The notes under the pieces were generated by a model. It did no database searches and had not been told where the DNA came from. It saw only the letters and a program-made list of their open reading frames with translations. From Cycas panzhihuaensis (lineage: Eukaryota; Plantae; Cycadophyta), in assembly GCA_023213395.1 (NCBI GenBank), contig CM041465.1:236599741-236663740 (forward strand): a stretch of DNA of 64,000 bases, given 5' to 3'. A program made the translations under genes and the position numbers. Numbering within the stretch: position 1 is the stretch's first letter; every line of letters starts with the position of its first letter. Shown piece after piece: positions 1 to 13,816 of this stretch.

Positions 1-273
1 ATGTTGTATTTGATAAATCTCCCCTTCTAAAATTAGACAGTGTAGAAGTTGAAGTAAAATAGGAGAAAAAAGTTGAACATCAATAAGTTAAGTTTGAAAC
101 CCATCCATCTTTCAAATTGGAAGAGCAGGAAGATCTTTCTGAAGAAGAATTTATAATAGATTTACAAGAGTATGTGGACACTCCTTTGCCAACAGTTAGA
201 AGATCTACACAAGTTAGTCATCCACCTAATAGGTACATCCCTTCTATTTCTATTGCTTTGGTTTCTAATAATG

Positions 274-1837
274 GTGAGCCTACATGTTATCAAGAAGTAG
301 TAGATGATACCCATAGTAAGAAGTGGAAGAGAGCTATGCAAGAAGAGATAGATGCTTTGAAAAAAAATAATTCATGAGACTTGGTAGAACTTCCACATGG
401 AAGGAAGACTATTGGTTGTAGGTGGGTTTTCAAAAAAAAAGTAGATGTTGATGGAAAGGTTGACAAATACAGGGCCAGATTGGTGGCTAAAGGCTTTGCA
501 TAGAAAGCAGGTATTAACTTTCATGAGATCTTTTCATCAATTGTCAAACTAGTTTCAATTAGAGTGCCGTTAGCATTGGTAGTTTCTGTTGATTTAGAGT
601 TGGAGTAGTTAGATGTAAAAGCAACTTTTCTACATGGAGATTTAGATGAGGAGATCTATATGGATTAGCCAGAAGGGTTTGTACAGGATGGCAGACAAAG
701 ACGTATTTGCAGGCTCATGAAATCATTGTATGGCCTGAAGCAATCACCCAAGCAATGGTACAAGAAGTTTGATGCCTTCATAGAGAGCCAAAATTTTAAA
801 AGAAGTGAGTATGATCATTGTGTTTACTTTGAATTCATAGATAATGGATTATTCATTATCTTGGTATTATATGTTCATGACATGTTAGTTGCAAGCAAGA
901 GCATGGAAGAAATCAATAAGTTAAAGGCTCAATTGGCTAGGACTTTTGATATGAAGGATCTAGGAGTTGTAAAATAAATCTTAGGTATGGAGATACATAG
1001 AGATAGGAAAAATGGTAATCTATGGTTATTGCAATAGAAATATGTGGAGAAGGTGCTAACCAGGTTTGGTATGGAAAATGTGAAACCAGTGAGTATCCCA
1101 TTGGCTTCCCACTTCAAGATTTCTTCAAGTATGAGTCCTAGTAATGAAGAAGAAAAGGATTATAAGTCTCATGTGCCTTATGCTAGTGTAGTAGGAAGTT
1201 TGATATATGCCATGGTATGTACAAGACCTAACATTTCCAATGCAGTCAATGTAGTTAGCAAGTTTATGGCAAATCCAGGAAAGGAACATTGGGCAACGGT
1301 GAAATGGGTGCTTTGATATTTGAGAGGCAGAAGTGACTATTGCATCACCTTTGGAGGTATAGGTAATTAGGTTTATGGATATGTTGATTTAGATTTTACA
1401 GGAGATTTAGATAAGAGAAGGTCTACTTTAGGTTATGTATTCACTCTTACAAACGGTCCAGTTAGTTGGATGTCAAAATTGCATAACACAATTACATTAT
1501 TGACTATAGAAGTTGAATATGTTGTTGCAACATATGCTTGCAAAGAAGCAATTTAGTTATAGGGTCTATTAGATGAGCTTGAAAGGAAATATGAAAAGGT
1601 AAAGGTATTTTGTGACTGTCAAAGTGCCATTTACCTAGCCAAGAATCCAACTCATCATAGTAAGACAAAGTATATTACTCTTAAGTACGATTTTGTTAGA
1701 CATGTTGTGGAAGAAGGTGGAGTGGAACTTGAGAAGGTTAATACAAAACAAAATTATGCCGATATATTCTCAAAACCAGTACTATTAAAGAAGTTCAAAT
1801 GGAGTTTAACTTATCTTGGCTTGCAGAAAGGCGATGA
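274..1837 (+). pseudogene. Degenerate copia reverse transcriptase-RNase H
   Basis: One near-continuous frame with many premature TAG/TAA/TGA; YVDD decayed to YVHD; RNase H segments (RRST.GY.F, CD.QSAI.LAKNP.HHSKTK.I). Confidence 0.93.
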
Positions 1838-1882
1838 AAGGTCGAGGAAATGTACCAGCTAAATTATTGTCAAGGTGGAGAT

Positions 1883-2533
1883 TGTTAGGTAATGTGACAA
1901 CAATGATTGGAGGCTAAAATTTTGATATGTTAGTAGCGCATTTCCCCCCCCCCCAAACCTTCCTTGGGGGGTTCCAAAAGGGGCGAGAGCCCCCCTTGGC
2001 TAGGGGGATGTAGGGGGTGTTGAATGCCCCTCGCAAAGAGGGGGTTCAGGAGTGATAGCCCTTGACCCAAAAATTTAGCACTGAAAACTATATTAAATTG
2101 TGAAGAGAATCAAGGTCATTCGATCAAAATATCCTATATTCTACATTCGAGATTTGTGCCTTGGATGACCCTCTTATATAGCTCGATTTAGGCATTTTTC
2201 ATTATGTTGATAGTGTTCAATGTACTGTGAGGAGTTAGGCAGCTAGTTGTTATTACTGTGAGCACTCTGCTATAGGATTATGTATATTTTCTCCATTCTA
2301 TAATAATAAAAATTGATATCTTTCCTATGTGGATGTTTCCCTAGCACACTACTAGGGTTTTACCATGTTATATCAGGTGTACATGTGATGCTTGGCTTTC
2401 TTGTTTATTTTATTATTTTATCTTTGGTTTAAGAACTTACATGTTAAATTTTAGTTTTGATTCCTATAACTAGTTGCAAGAATAGTTTAGATCTTGGTGG
2501 TAATTTAAGGGTTGGGACCTTATATTCTTAACA
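1883..2533 (+). repeat. 3' LTR of the copia element (~650 bp)
   Basis: Starts TG right after the PPT, ends AACA with imperfect terminal inverted repeat; partner LTR is outside the window. Confidence 0.75.
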
Positions 2534-3859
2534 AAGAGGATATGGGCAAGGTTGCCTAAACCCTCCTTGAGATATTTGGTTCCAAAAGGGGACATTTACC
2601 TCCTTCCATTTTGTGAGAAGAGCTAATTCCACATTTGAGGGAATTTGTATAGGAGTGGGTGGATATAAGGGACCCATCCCTCCTTGGGAAAATGCCCCTT
2701 ATTAGAAAGAAGATTGGGAAAAGGTGCCTTGGGAGGGGGTTTTCCCTCCTTGAAAAGGCATAACATGAGGAGTGACATAGGAGGATGGAAAAGAGGGGTG
2801 CAAAATTGGGTTTTGCCCATATGGGCTGCCCGTGGGTGGTGCGACCCTATACAGGTGCAAAGGGTCCACCCCATAAACTGGAAGGGGATTTCCCTTTCCA
2901 TGCCCCTACAGTTAGGAAGTATAACTTGGAGGCACATAGAGGGAAGGATCCCTAAGTTGAACTTGGGAGTGCATAGGGATGAACCCCACATAGCTAGAAG
3001 CAGGGACGCATGCAGGTCCCCTAGATCTAATAGGTGGTGGGTATACTATGGTCGACGGAGGTGTAGTCATTAACTAGAAGGGGGCATGGTCATCCCAAGT
3101 TGGGAAGAGGACATGCCTTGGGTGGTCCCCAAAGAACATAGATCATGGGGAGAGGAAGATGAAGCAACTGACATGCTCATTGTGGGCAAGAGAGTTGAAT
3201 GAAATAGATGAGGTAAGGCAGATGTAGAGGAAGGAAGTGTAATGCTTCGTAAGATGCTCTCAAATCACTTAGGATGTGGTTGGAAGCGAGCGGCTTGGAA
3301 GCATTGGCTAAGGCTTTGACAACATCCATAGGAGGGGTATCTGCTTGATCATAAGAAGTAGAAGGGACCTCATATGGGGTAGACCCTGTGGGGCGATCCT
3401 CATGAGAAACACCATTAGGGTGGTAGAACTCTAGATGAGAAGAGGCCTCTACTTTATGAGTAGAGAGGTGGAGAACTTGCAGGTGTTCTTGGTCACCTGG
3501 ATAAAAGATAGGATCCTCACACTCTTGGGTGGGCCCTTGGAAAGAGATAGAAGGCTCATGTAATTCATATGCATAGACATGATATGCCCAGTTCAAAGGG
3601 AATCCCTCCATAGTTGAATCAGAATTTGACAAAGGAAGAAAGTGATAAGAAAGGTCTCTTAACAAAGGAAGAAGGCCTCACAAGTAACGAGAGGAATGTC
3701 ACATACAAGTTCCCCTTAAAGATTGGAAGGATAAGAGAAGTGATGTTATAGGAGTTGGGGGCTACCTAATAAACTGAGGAGACATACTGAAAAGGAGGTA
3801 GCACCAACAGGAAAGGAGAGAGGATTAATCCCTTACTGGAAGATCCCTAGTATGGTCAC
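2534..3859 (-). mobile_element. Host Tat (Ty3/gypsy) element: PBS remainder, 5' leader and pre-gag region
   Basis: Reverse complement is colinear with ~6807-8140 of the plus-strand element (e.g. rc 3841-3859 GTGACCATACTAGGGATCT vs GTGACCATACTGGGGACCC). Confidence 0.88.
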
Positions 3860-6803
3860 TGTTTCTTAGCTCCAGGGAATGGGTTCTTGGCAAGTTGACT
3901 CAAGTAAGTACAGGTATGCTTCTATCCTTTGCCTTTACGGTTTCTTGAGAAAGGTAGATAGAAGAATCATTTTATTATATTACTGACTGACACATTTGAA
4001 TGATCACCTTGCACCCGTTGCTTGATCATGCTGCTTGTCATTCTCTCAGCCTATGATGACTAGTGGGACATGCATCCCCATGGCACTCCACAACTATCCT
4101 ATGCATCTGTATATTGTCTTTAGAACCACTTAACCTATGTGATCCATCACACCCTGTGCCATATCACAATACTTAGCACCCTGCTGAGTGTGATTTGTTG
4201 ATCCTTATGCCAGTTATCAGTTTCCTAGGAGCCCTGCTACTTCAGTACCCCATCTAATTTAGGTTATCTTCTCTATTTGACTATCCCCAGCCATTTGGAT
4301 AGAGGGCTGGCCCCTCCTAGGCCTAGGGGTATGCCCTTTAAGAATCCTAGGCATCCTCCTTTTGGCCTATTTTGATCTATGTCACCACACCATGGCAAAT
4401 GTCACAGTACCATGGTAAACTTCGTGGTACTACAAAGTTTACTGCGGGGTGACTATCATAACTTACTTTTTAAAATCTGTCGTGGTAAATTTTACTTTTT
4501 TGGTGGAATTGCCATGTGGCTTTGACACCTCTCAAGACCTGCGTCAACCCTAATCATCCATTCAGCCTAGGGTTAGGTATCAAGCCCAAAACAACCTCAT
4601 TTTATACCTCTTGTTCCACCTTCCTTTCTCTCTTCTCTCTCTTTCACAAGAGTTTTCTATAGGAGCACCCTGCAACGTTCAAGTTCCCTGTGTTCTAACT
4701 TGAGATCTGCCTATTGCAACTCTGATCCATGGCAACAGGCTCACCAACTAACATCTCCAAGAAAGGATTCATGCCCAAATTCAGCCTCCACACCCTTCCT
4801 ACAACTTTCAGTGAGATTGTTTCTAGATTATAGTACCTTCCTAAGGATAACCTGTAAGCATACCAGATCTACCATTTTCTACTATTTTTAGGGGCAGATC
4901 TGCTCTCTACATAGCCTAGTAAGTATTTTCCATTGTTGTTCCATATATTTCCTTGGGTTTGTCTTGTAAAAGGTTAGGTCTTTGAGCACATCATTCCTTT
5001 CCTTGTTTTCTTTGCTATATACAAGAGGTATTCCTCTATTTCTTGTCTTCTTGCCCTCTTGATCTCCCTATCCTCTCCTAGTTTTTTCCAAGCAAGCTAT
5101 GGGAGAGGACTCATAAAGAGTGAGAGAAAGGAGCCAAGGTGGGAACTGTACCCACTAGGCCTGCTCCTCAAGGGCAAACCCCTTCTCCTCTTTCCTCTCC
5201 TTTACTTGTGCCTCTCTTGGGTCACTAGCGAGTCTTTAAGATTTGGCCTGTGCTAGATATCAGTGTGTGTAGATATTGCTACACTGTTTCTAGCCCTACA
5301 CACCTCTCTTGGGTAGCTCTTCTAGCCCCAAATGGTGTCCTCTATTCATCTTGGGTCCTAGCATAGCTAATGTTACAATTTGCTACACGTAGCATACTTA
5401 CAACATAGGCAACTTTCACAAACCTCGTAGTGTTTGTTTCCTTTACTGTCCACTACCCATAGGTTGTCCTAATCTATTGTACCCTATGTCTAAGGGCCAC
5501 GTGGAGGTGTACTTACTGGAGGGTTAGCCATTTTGAGGCTAACCTCCCCTTGCCTTTACTTGTGTTGTTGGTTTTCTTGGGATATTATAGAGTTACTTTT
5601 GGTAGAAGATTACCTAACTTGAAACATTCTAACTTGCAACATTTCAGTGTTTTACTTTTTCATAAGTATACATATATTGGATTTGTATCCTAGAAGCCCC
5701 TTTAGAAAGGGCAAAGAACTTTGTGATTACAAGTTCGCCATGCTATTTGTGGAGAAAGGTAAACGACGACAATCTATATGCATTGCTTGGCCTCTCTTTT
5801 CTTTGGTTGTTCTGTCCTTTACATAGTTCCTTTTTCCTTTACGTTTTCTTTGGGGGAGGTAAGGAAACCCCTACAATGCTCATGCGATGAGAAAAAGGAA
5901 AAAAGGAAGCGAGCATAGCACAAGGTAAAGATCACGTTTCAGCTGCATCATTCTTCCAAGTACACCACTCTCGTTTCATAGGTCTTTTGTGTTTCTTCTA
6001 GCTTGTATGCTTGCATAAAAGACATAAGGGAAATAAAGTAAAAAGGAACCAACTCACATCATCATCTTGTGCATTAGTTCGCATTCTAGGAAAGAGCATT
6101 CATTAAGGGTTACCCCCTTCCCTCTTTCATCCAATTGCATTGCATTACACTTCGCATAATATCTTGGTTTATTTCTTTGCTTTTCTTTCCTTTGTTTGAA
6201 ACGAAATGAGAGTAAAGATATACTTTTGAGAGAGAAAGTATATTTATTGTTCTTTATACTTGTGTGAGTTTACCTCTCATTTGTATATATATGACTAGTC
6301 TTTGTTTTATTGTTTCATATAGAGAGTAGACCTCTTCGTAGTTAGAGTGGTAGGAACTTTTTCTGCTACCACTCTTCATCCATCCAACTTTCTCGCTAAG
6401 TGGATTAGTTCTTAGAGGATCCATCCCCTAAGATCTCCTTTGTACCTCATCATACCTACATACACATCATCTACGTCCCTTAGATTTTTTTCCACGGGGG
6501 CCCGCTCCTTCGTTGGGTCTTGCCTTCCCCTTTCGGCCATCTAAGGGTGGGAAGACCCTTGCTTTGAGGTTACTCGGGCAACCGAGGACACCCCTCACCT
6601 ATGCTCCCCTTCAAAGTCAAAAGCCAAATTACCTTGAGGATGTCATATATCATTCATGGGTCTCGAACCTGCATTCTAATGCATGGATGTCCTATGTGGG
6701 TGCTTCCTTGCATTTATTGGTTTGATCCCTTTATCCTAGAGCCTTCTGTTGGTTGTCTTAATCCCAACTAGGTGTAGTTACCATCCCTATAGATGTGATT
6801 CCA
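3860..6803 (+). repeat. 5' LTR of element A (2944 bp)
   Basis: TGTTTC...GATTCCA; direct repeat of 20628-23529 (about 14 mismatches in the first ~108 bp, mostly transitions). Confidence 0.95.
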
Positions 6804-6804
6804 C

Positions 6805-6822
6805 TGGTGACCATACTGGGGA
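6805..6822 (+). promoter_or_regulatory. Primer-binding site, tRNA-Arg-like
   Basis: TGGTGACCATACTGGGGA 1 bp after the LTR; resembles the TGGCGAC...CTGGGGA tRNA-Arg PBS of Tat/Ogre elements. Confidence 0.8.
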
Positions 6823-8234
6823 CCCGTTAGTAAGGGAATTAGTCTTTCTCCCTTTTCTGTTGGTGCTACTACCTCTTGGTAGCTTTGCCTTTTGATTTTG
6901 TTGGGTAGCCCCCAACGTGTGCATAACCTTGTTTCTCTCTTCTTCTAGTGCATAGGTAGGACTTACATGCGACTATTCTCATGTCGCTTATGAGGCCTAC
7001 CTCCATTGCCAGAAGAGCCTTCATATCATTCCCTTCCCACATTAGATCCCGATCTAATCATGGAGGGATCTCTTTCAGATTGGGCATACCATGCTTATGT
7101 GTCTGATTCCTTAGAGCCACCTACTTCCTTCTAAGGGTCCGCTTAAGGAAGTGAAGACCCCATTTACTATCTGGGTGACCAACCACACCCCCAATCTCAC
7201 CATTCCTCTACTCAAGGAGTAGAACCTTCATCTCCTTTAGAGCTTCTCCATCCCCATGATGATTCTCATGAGGATCGTCCTGCAGGATTTGCTTCGTATA
7301 AGGCTCCTTCTACCTCTTATGATCAGGCGAATACCCCTCCCACTGATGTGGTAGAAGCTTTGAGCCAATGTTTCCAACTCGCTCATCTCCAACCACACCC
7401 AAAGTGGTTTGAGAATGTCTTGCAAAATGTTATGCCACCTTCTTCTACATCTCCTTCACCTCGCTTATCTCGTTTAGCTACTTTACTCAAGATGAGCCTA
7501 CCTTTTACATCTTCTTCTTCTCCCTATGGTGTTTGTTTCTTAGGGAGTACTCAGGGTATGTCATCTTCCCAACTTGGGTTAAGCATGCCCCCGACTAGTC
7601 AAACCACTAGTCCTCCTCCTACCATTGTTTATCCACCTACTAGACCTAGGGGACCCACATGCCCCCTCACTTCTAGTCACGTGGGGTCTATCCGCACACA
7701 ATCCCAACACCAACCTAGAGACCCTTCTCTCTACCTACCTCCTGGTTATACTACTCGACTATAGGGGCATGGTAAACAGAATCCCCTACCTACTTATGGG
7801 GTGGACCCTCTACATCCTTATGGGGTCGCACCACCCATGTGCAGCCCATATAGGTAGAATTTGGTCCCTCACCTCTCCTTTCTACCATCTTGTATGGCAA
7901 CTTACATCACGCCTTTGCAAGGAGGGCCAACTCCTTCCCAAGGCACATTCCCTCAAGCTCCTTTTTAATAAGGAGCACTCTCTCTAGGAGGGACAGGTAT
8001 GTCATACCTATCCAGTCCCATGCAGGATTCTTTGAATGTGGGACTTACGCCTCCTCACCAAGTAATAGGAGGACAACATCCCCCCTTTGAACTAAACCCT
8101 CCCAGGAGGATTTGGACAAACCTACCTGCCATCATTTCTAGCTTCTATTGACCCTATAGTCTAGTCAAGGGCATGCCCTTTTATGGACTATAGGTTAACC
8201 CTATTATTCATTAAGGCACTAAGAACTAACTTAC

Positions 8235-8760
8235 TGCCTCACCTCCCTGAAGTCCCTAAATTCGATGGGACTTTGTCGCAAGACCTAGCAGAGTATGTTC
8301 GTAGCTTCTCTGTGGCATGCATTGACTACTAGGCCTATAACCACATCCTTATGAAACTATTTCTGTGGTCTCTTCAAGGCGATACCCTCAAATGGTTTTC
8401 TCACCTACCTGCGCATTCTATCTTCTCATTCCAGTAGCTCATGGATGAGTTCGTTAACTACTTTTACGTGGCTCGCCCATTTGAGAGTAGAATGAAATCT
8501 CTTCTATCACTTAAAGAAGGTCATGGTGAAATGAATCATGACTTTGTGTAGCGTTTCTACGACCTTCTTCATTCCACTAAGGCTACTTTACCCGAGGAGT
8601 TGAAGAGGGACCTTTTTGTCAATGCCCTTCGCCTAGAAGTCCACATATAAGTCCTCAAGGTGGGGGCAACTAAATGTGACTCCACTATAGAGAAGTGCTT
8701 GGTACTTGAGGCCATTGAGATCTAGGCTGGACTTAAGAAACCTCTAAAGTCCTCACAGTA
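8235..8760 (+). pseudogene. gag core of element A
   Basis: PEVPKFDG...DLAEYV..F...LMKLF..SLQGD.LKWF..LP..SI.SF..L...F retrotransposon gag signature with stops. Confidence 0.85.
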
Positions 8761-9779
8761 ACGCAAGGCACCACCACCACCAAAAGAAACCAAAACTCAA
8801 CAACCCATTAGGTCTTCTTCCCATTCTACCGAGAAGACTCTAAACCCTCTTACTTCAGCTATACACTCATTTGAATGTACTATGAAGGAGCTCAAGCTTC
8901 AAGCTCCTTCATCTCCCATGTCTAACAAGCCAGTTCACCAGGATTTGCAAGATGCTCTTTCCAAGGGTGGCAACACCCAGTCCTCTCAAGCAAGGAAACC
9001 TAACTCCTCCCTCGAGAAGAAGTGGTGCTCCATCCATAGGGAGTGCTTCCATGCTGATTAACAGTGTTGGATGCAGCATCCCAAGGCTCCCCCGCAACGT
9101 GACTATTCCCCCAAATGGGCGTCTAGGCCCAAACTAGACCAACCTATTTATAGAGAACCCTTCCCCAAAAATGGGGAATATAATCATAACCCCGAGTAGA
9201 AGAATAACTGGAACTGAAGGAGGTCTCTAAACCCTCGCCCTTCACAAGACAAAGGGAAGGGTGCAAGGAATTTGTCCTCTTCCTCAGGTTCCCCCAATTG
9301 ACATACCCCTTCACCTTCACGATCCTGAAATAAGGGAAATAAGGTTATTCTGTTGCTTGAGACCAACCCATTGTATGCCTTAACCTGGTCTCAAGCGATC
9401 AAAGAGGTGAACGGTGCCTCTTCATCCATATCTCACCTTGATCCTCTTCCAAAAGCCCCCACAATCCCAAAGACCATTCCTGTGCACCCTAGTTGTTACG
9501 ACTTTTGAAGAGCTCTACGACTTTTGAAGGGCTCTTCCCCAACCCATTGTGAAGAGGAAGCCTTTTTCTGTCGTGGATGAACTTCATATCATGGTTGTTG
9601 GAATGTCCATAATGGATGTCTTGAGGAGCTGCCTTGAACAACACGTATTACTCTTGGAGGCCTTAGGATTAAGTGACACACCTGTTCACGCCTTGGGTGT
9701 CACCTTGAGTTGTGAGCCTGTCATCTCCTTTGATCCTAAGGATCTTCCTCCTACTAGTAAAAAGGAGCGCCAATGACAC

Positions 9780-10140
9780 TTCCCTTTCACTATTACCATC
9801 GATACTCTAGATTATACTTTATGAAGAACCATTATCGACAATGGTTCTTCTGTTAATCCCATGCCCTTGCGTGTTATGCAAGAGCTCTATATATCAGCTT
9901 TAGAATCGGTTCGATGGTGGTTCCAAGGCTACGATGGTAGTGAAAAGACACCCTTGGGATCAGTGTCTATCCTGCTTACTCTTAAGGACAAGACTGTCCT
10001 TGCTGATATTACAGTCCTCGATGTTGATGTTGACTACAATCTGTTACTAGGATGCCTATGGCTCAATCATATGGGAGCCATGTGCTCATCTCGTTGGAGG
10101 CAACTTAAATTCATCCACAAAGGTCAAATAAGAGTCATCT
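9780..10140 (+). pseudogene. Aspartic protease of element A
   Basis: IIDNGSSVN active-site motif (~9830-9857) and YNLLLG..WL..MGA..S. Confidence 0.88.
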
Positions 10141-11039
10141 CTCAGGAGATTTCTCCTATTAAAAAACCGTGTCAATCCTTCCAAGTGAGTCATGGCCAAA
10201 TGAAAGGTGACAAAGGCCTTTCTAGCCATGCCTCTACTTATTCTATTGACATCCCTGACTCATATCCTTTTGGAAGAATACCCTTCATCCTCTTCTTCTA
10301 ACCTCACATATTTCGCCTCTATTGGTGCCAGAAGTTATAAGTATCTTACCATACTTAGTGACGATTAGTTTGATGGTGAGGATGAGGATCTCCCTCACCC
10401 CATTTCCCTTCTGGGCACGAGTAGGAGGTACCTCCTTCATTCTAGATTCCACTCTGGAACCCCTACAATTGGAGAGACTAGTACTCCTCTTAAATCTCAT
10501 GTCATTACCCTTGTTGATTAGGTGCTTCTTGAGTCTTCTCCTTCGTTTCCACATATAGGTAATGAGGTCGGGGGACCTCCTGCCGTCCCTTGCAAGGGAC
10601 CTCTTTCTAGCTCTTCTAAGGAGTCCGTTGGGAATGCCAAGTGGTGTGATGACCACCATAGTCCCAGTGTCTCTACTTCCCTTCACCCTTCATCTTCTTG
10701 AAGTGTGGTCATCCATCAGGTGGACTACTTCGATAACGATGAAGCCCTGCTTGAGCACTTAGCAAGCTTTGTGCCTAGCCATCCTTTTAGTCACCATAGG
10801 CTTGGTTATTAGAAGGTTTTGGCTATTGGGTCTTCTCTCGCTAACCCAACTCCATCCCTTGTTCTATCCCTTCCTATTGACCGAGCCCCCCTCCACTTTG
10901 AGGAGGGGAATGTCATGTGCATTGGGGTAACCTAGGACATAGTCCTTGCCCTAGGCAAAATCATTAAGGTAGGGACATAATGCTCTCCTAATGAAGTGAG
11001 GGAGTATACCCTGTTGTTCTAGGAGTTTTAGGATGTTTT

Positions 11040-13702
11040 TACGTGGGACTACTTCGATATGAAGGGAATTGATCCTTCAATCATGACCCACAACCTTACT
11101 ACCATTCCTGGCACTCACCCCATGCATAAGAAGATATACCCTCTTCACCCTAAGCTCTCAACTGCTGTTAAAATAGAAGTTAAGAAATTCCTCAATACAT
11201 GATTGATCACTTCCATCGACTACCCTAAATGGGTATCTAACATTGTCCCTGTTGCTAAAAAGAATGGGATAATTTAGATATGCATTGATTTCTGTGACAT
11301 CAACAACACATGTCCTAAAGACAATTTCCTACTTCCTTTTATTGATCAGATTATCGATTGAACCGTAGGTTTCAAAGTCATGTCCTTAATAGATGGCTTC
11401 TCCATCTACAACCAAATTTAAATCTCTCCTGAAGACTGTCATAAGATGGCCTTCACCACTCCATGGGGTACTTTCGCCTATAAGGCAATGCCTTTCAGAC
11501 TCAAGAATATAAGAGCCACTTATCAAAGGGTAATGCAATTCATTTTTCATGATCTCATCAACAAATCCTTGGAGGTCTTCATGGATGACATGATAGGTCT
11601 CTCATGTGTTAGAGCCCATAACCCTACTGATTTATGGACCATCTTTGCATGATGCTGCAAATACTATGTAAGCCTTAACCCTCTTAAATGTGTGTTTGCC
11701 GTGACCACTAGCAAACTCCTTGGTTTCCTTGTGTCAAAACAAGGAATCCAAATTGACCCTAACAAATTCAAGGCTATCATTAACATGCCACCTCCTAAAA
11801 CCTAATGGCAAATTAAGTCATTTTTAGATAGGCTTGGTTTCCTCAAGAGTTTCTTGGTAAATATTGCTATAAATACCAAACCTCTCACTAACCTATTAGA
11901 GAAGGGGGCTCTGTTTGTTTGGTCTTCCAAGGCCCAATAAGCCTTCGAAGAACTTAAGGAAGCCCTCGCTTCCACCCTGACATTGGAACTGCCTCTCTTT
12001 AATAGGCCATTCATCCTGTATACCTCAACAACTGATGAATCATTGGGTGCCATGTTAGCCCAGGAGGATGATTTGAGAGCCGAGAGGGATATTTACTTCA
12101 TTACTCACACCCTCATGGCTGTTAAACTCAACTACTTCCTCACGTAGAAGGAATGCCTCTCCTTGGTATATGTAACTAAGAAGTTCAACTATTATTTACT
12201 TGGGAATACTACTCGGGTGATCGTTCAATTAGATCCCCTACACTATTTACTCACTCAACCCGACCTGATAGGTAGGACTAATAAGTGGGCCATCCTCCTT
12301 TAGGAATTTGATATCCACATCATTAATAGGAAGTTGAAGAAGGGGATGGTAGTGGCCGAGCAGCTCGCTGACACTCCTATCCCAAACCCTTTGGATATTC
12401 CTATTGATGACTCTCTTCTTGATGAGCCTATCTTGGCTGTTCAGGACTCCCCTCCTCATCCACTTGCTGATAGCAAGTGGTATGGGGATATCATGCAATA
12501 CCTCACTCAGCAGTAGTATCATCCTGATGCTAGCGATAAAGTTAGGTCTCATATTTAGGCTACTCCTAGACAATATTTCCTTATGGGTGAGGTATTGTAT
12601 AAGAGATCCTTCGATAGGATCCTTCTTCACTACATCACCCCCGACAAAGCAAACTAGATAGTCTGTGAATGCCATAATGACATTTGTGGGGGCCAATCAA
12701 AGGATCCTCTGTATGGGGTACTACTAGCCATCCTTATTTAAGGATACCCATGATTATGCCTTGAGATTTTGGCGATGCCATGAGCATGCCAACATCACCC
12801 ACTTGCCTTCCGAGGCACTCCACCCCATTATATCTCCATGGCCCTTCTCCCAATGGGGCTTGGACCTTATTGGAGCCATATCCCTATCCTCTTCATTGCA
12901 GTATAAGCTCATCTTGACTACTACAGAGTACTTTACTAAATAGATGTAAGCCATTCCTTTGACTACTACTCCTAGTAAGACGATAGCCACCTTCGTTTAC
13001 TAGTATATCATCTGTCACTTCGGGGTTCCCGATGTCCTGATCATAGACAACGTAACTCCTTTTTGTAACAAGGAGATAGATAAGCTTTATAAGAAATTTC
13101 ACATTTCTCATAAGACTTCTTCTCCTTACTACCCCCAGGCTAATGTCTAGGTTAAATAGTTTAACAAAACTCTTATAAATATTCTAACAAAAATTGTTGC
13201 CCAATCTCAAAGAGATTGGCACCTCCAGCTCTCTTCTGCCCTATGGGCATATTGCACATCTATCTGTATGGCTACGGGAATGACTCCTTTCTCTCTAGTC
13301 TACAAGAGGGAGGTGGTTCTCCTATTAGAAGTGGAGATTCCTTCTCTATGAGTCTCTCTTAGAGGTCTTGCTATCAAGGAGTCCATCCGCTAAGCTTACC
13401 TCTTAGACCTTGAGGCCTTGGATGGGAAATGCTTGGTTGCTTACTAAGCCAATGCTGCCTCTAAGGCTGGGGCATGAAGGACTTACAATAAATACCTTTG
13501 CTCTCGTCCTTTACATCCTAAGGACCATGTCCTTAAACAGGAATATCTCCACAACCACCTGACCAAATTCAGACCCAAATGGGTTGGCCTTTTTGTCGTT
13601 CTTAAGAGTCTTGGGAACAACGCTTATCAGGTCACCACCTTGGAGGGCCTTGAATTCAAGAAGGCTATTAGTGGGAAATTCCTGAAAACATTTCATGCAT
13701 GA
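11040..13702 (+). pseudogene. RT - RNase H - integrase of element A (copy 1)
   Basis: YPKWVSNIVPV.KKNG.I.ICIDF, FTTPWGTF.Y..MPF.LKN, VFMDDMI, RH (EKECL-like), INT (PWPFSQWGLDLIG, SSPYYPQAN); ends TGA 13700-13702; many stops. Confidence 0.93.
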
Positions 13703-13816
13703 CTTTATCACTCTTCTCTATGCTCTCTGAAATGAGCCTAAACTACCATCCTAGGCATGTCCCCATTCCCCTAAGCCACAGGTGGAATGGTGGCTTAGGG
13801 TGGCCTTCCTGCCTCT

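Larger units (their letters stand above)
1..2533 (+). mobile_element. Ty1/copia LTR retrotransposon, 3' part (RT-RNase H, PPT, 3' LTR); truncated by window start
   Basis: Copia pol motifs (EPTCYQE, W..AMQEE, SLYGLKQSP.QW, LYVHDML, MKDLG, YAMVCTRP), PPT CAAGGTGGAGA at 1871-1881, LTR TGTTAGG...CTTAACA; sequence after 2533 is minus-strand Tat gag-region DNA. Confidence 0.93.

Noticed and set aside
2623-3665. Longest ORF-track entries (122-162 aa) as host genes
   Set aside because: They lie in the pre-gag region of the minus-strand Tat element and mirror 7000-8100; retroelement-derived or shadow frames
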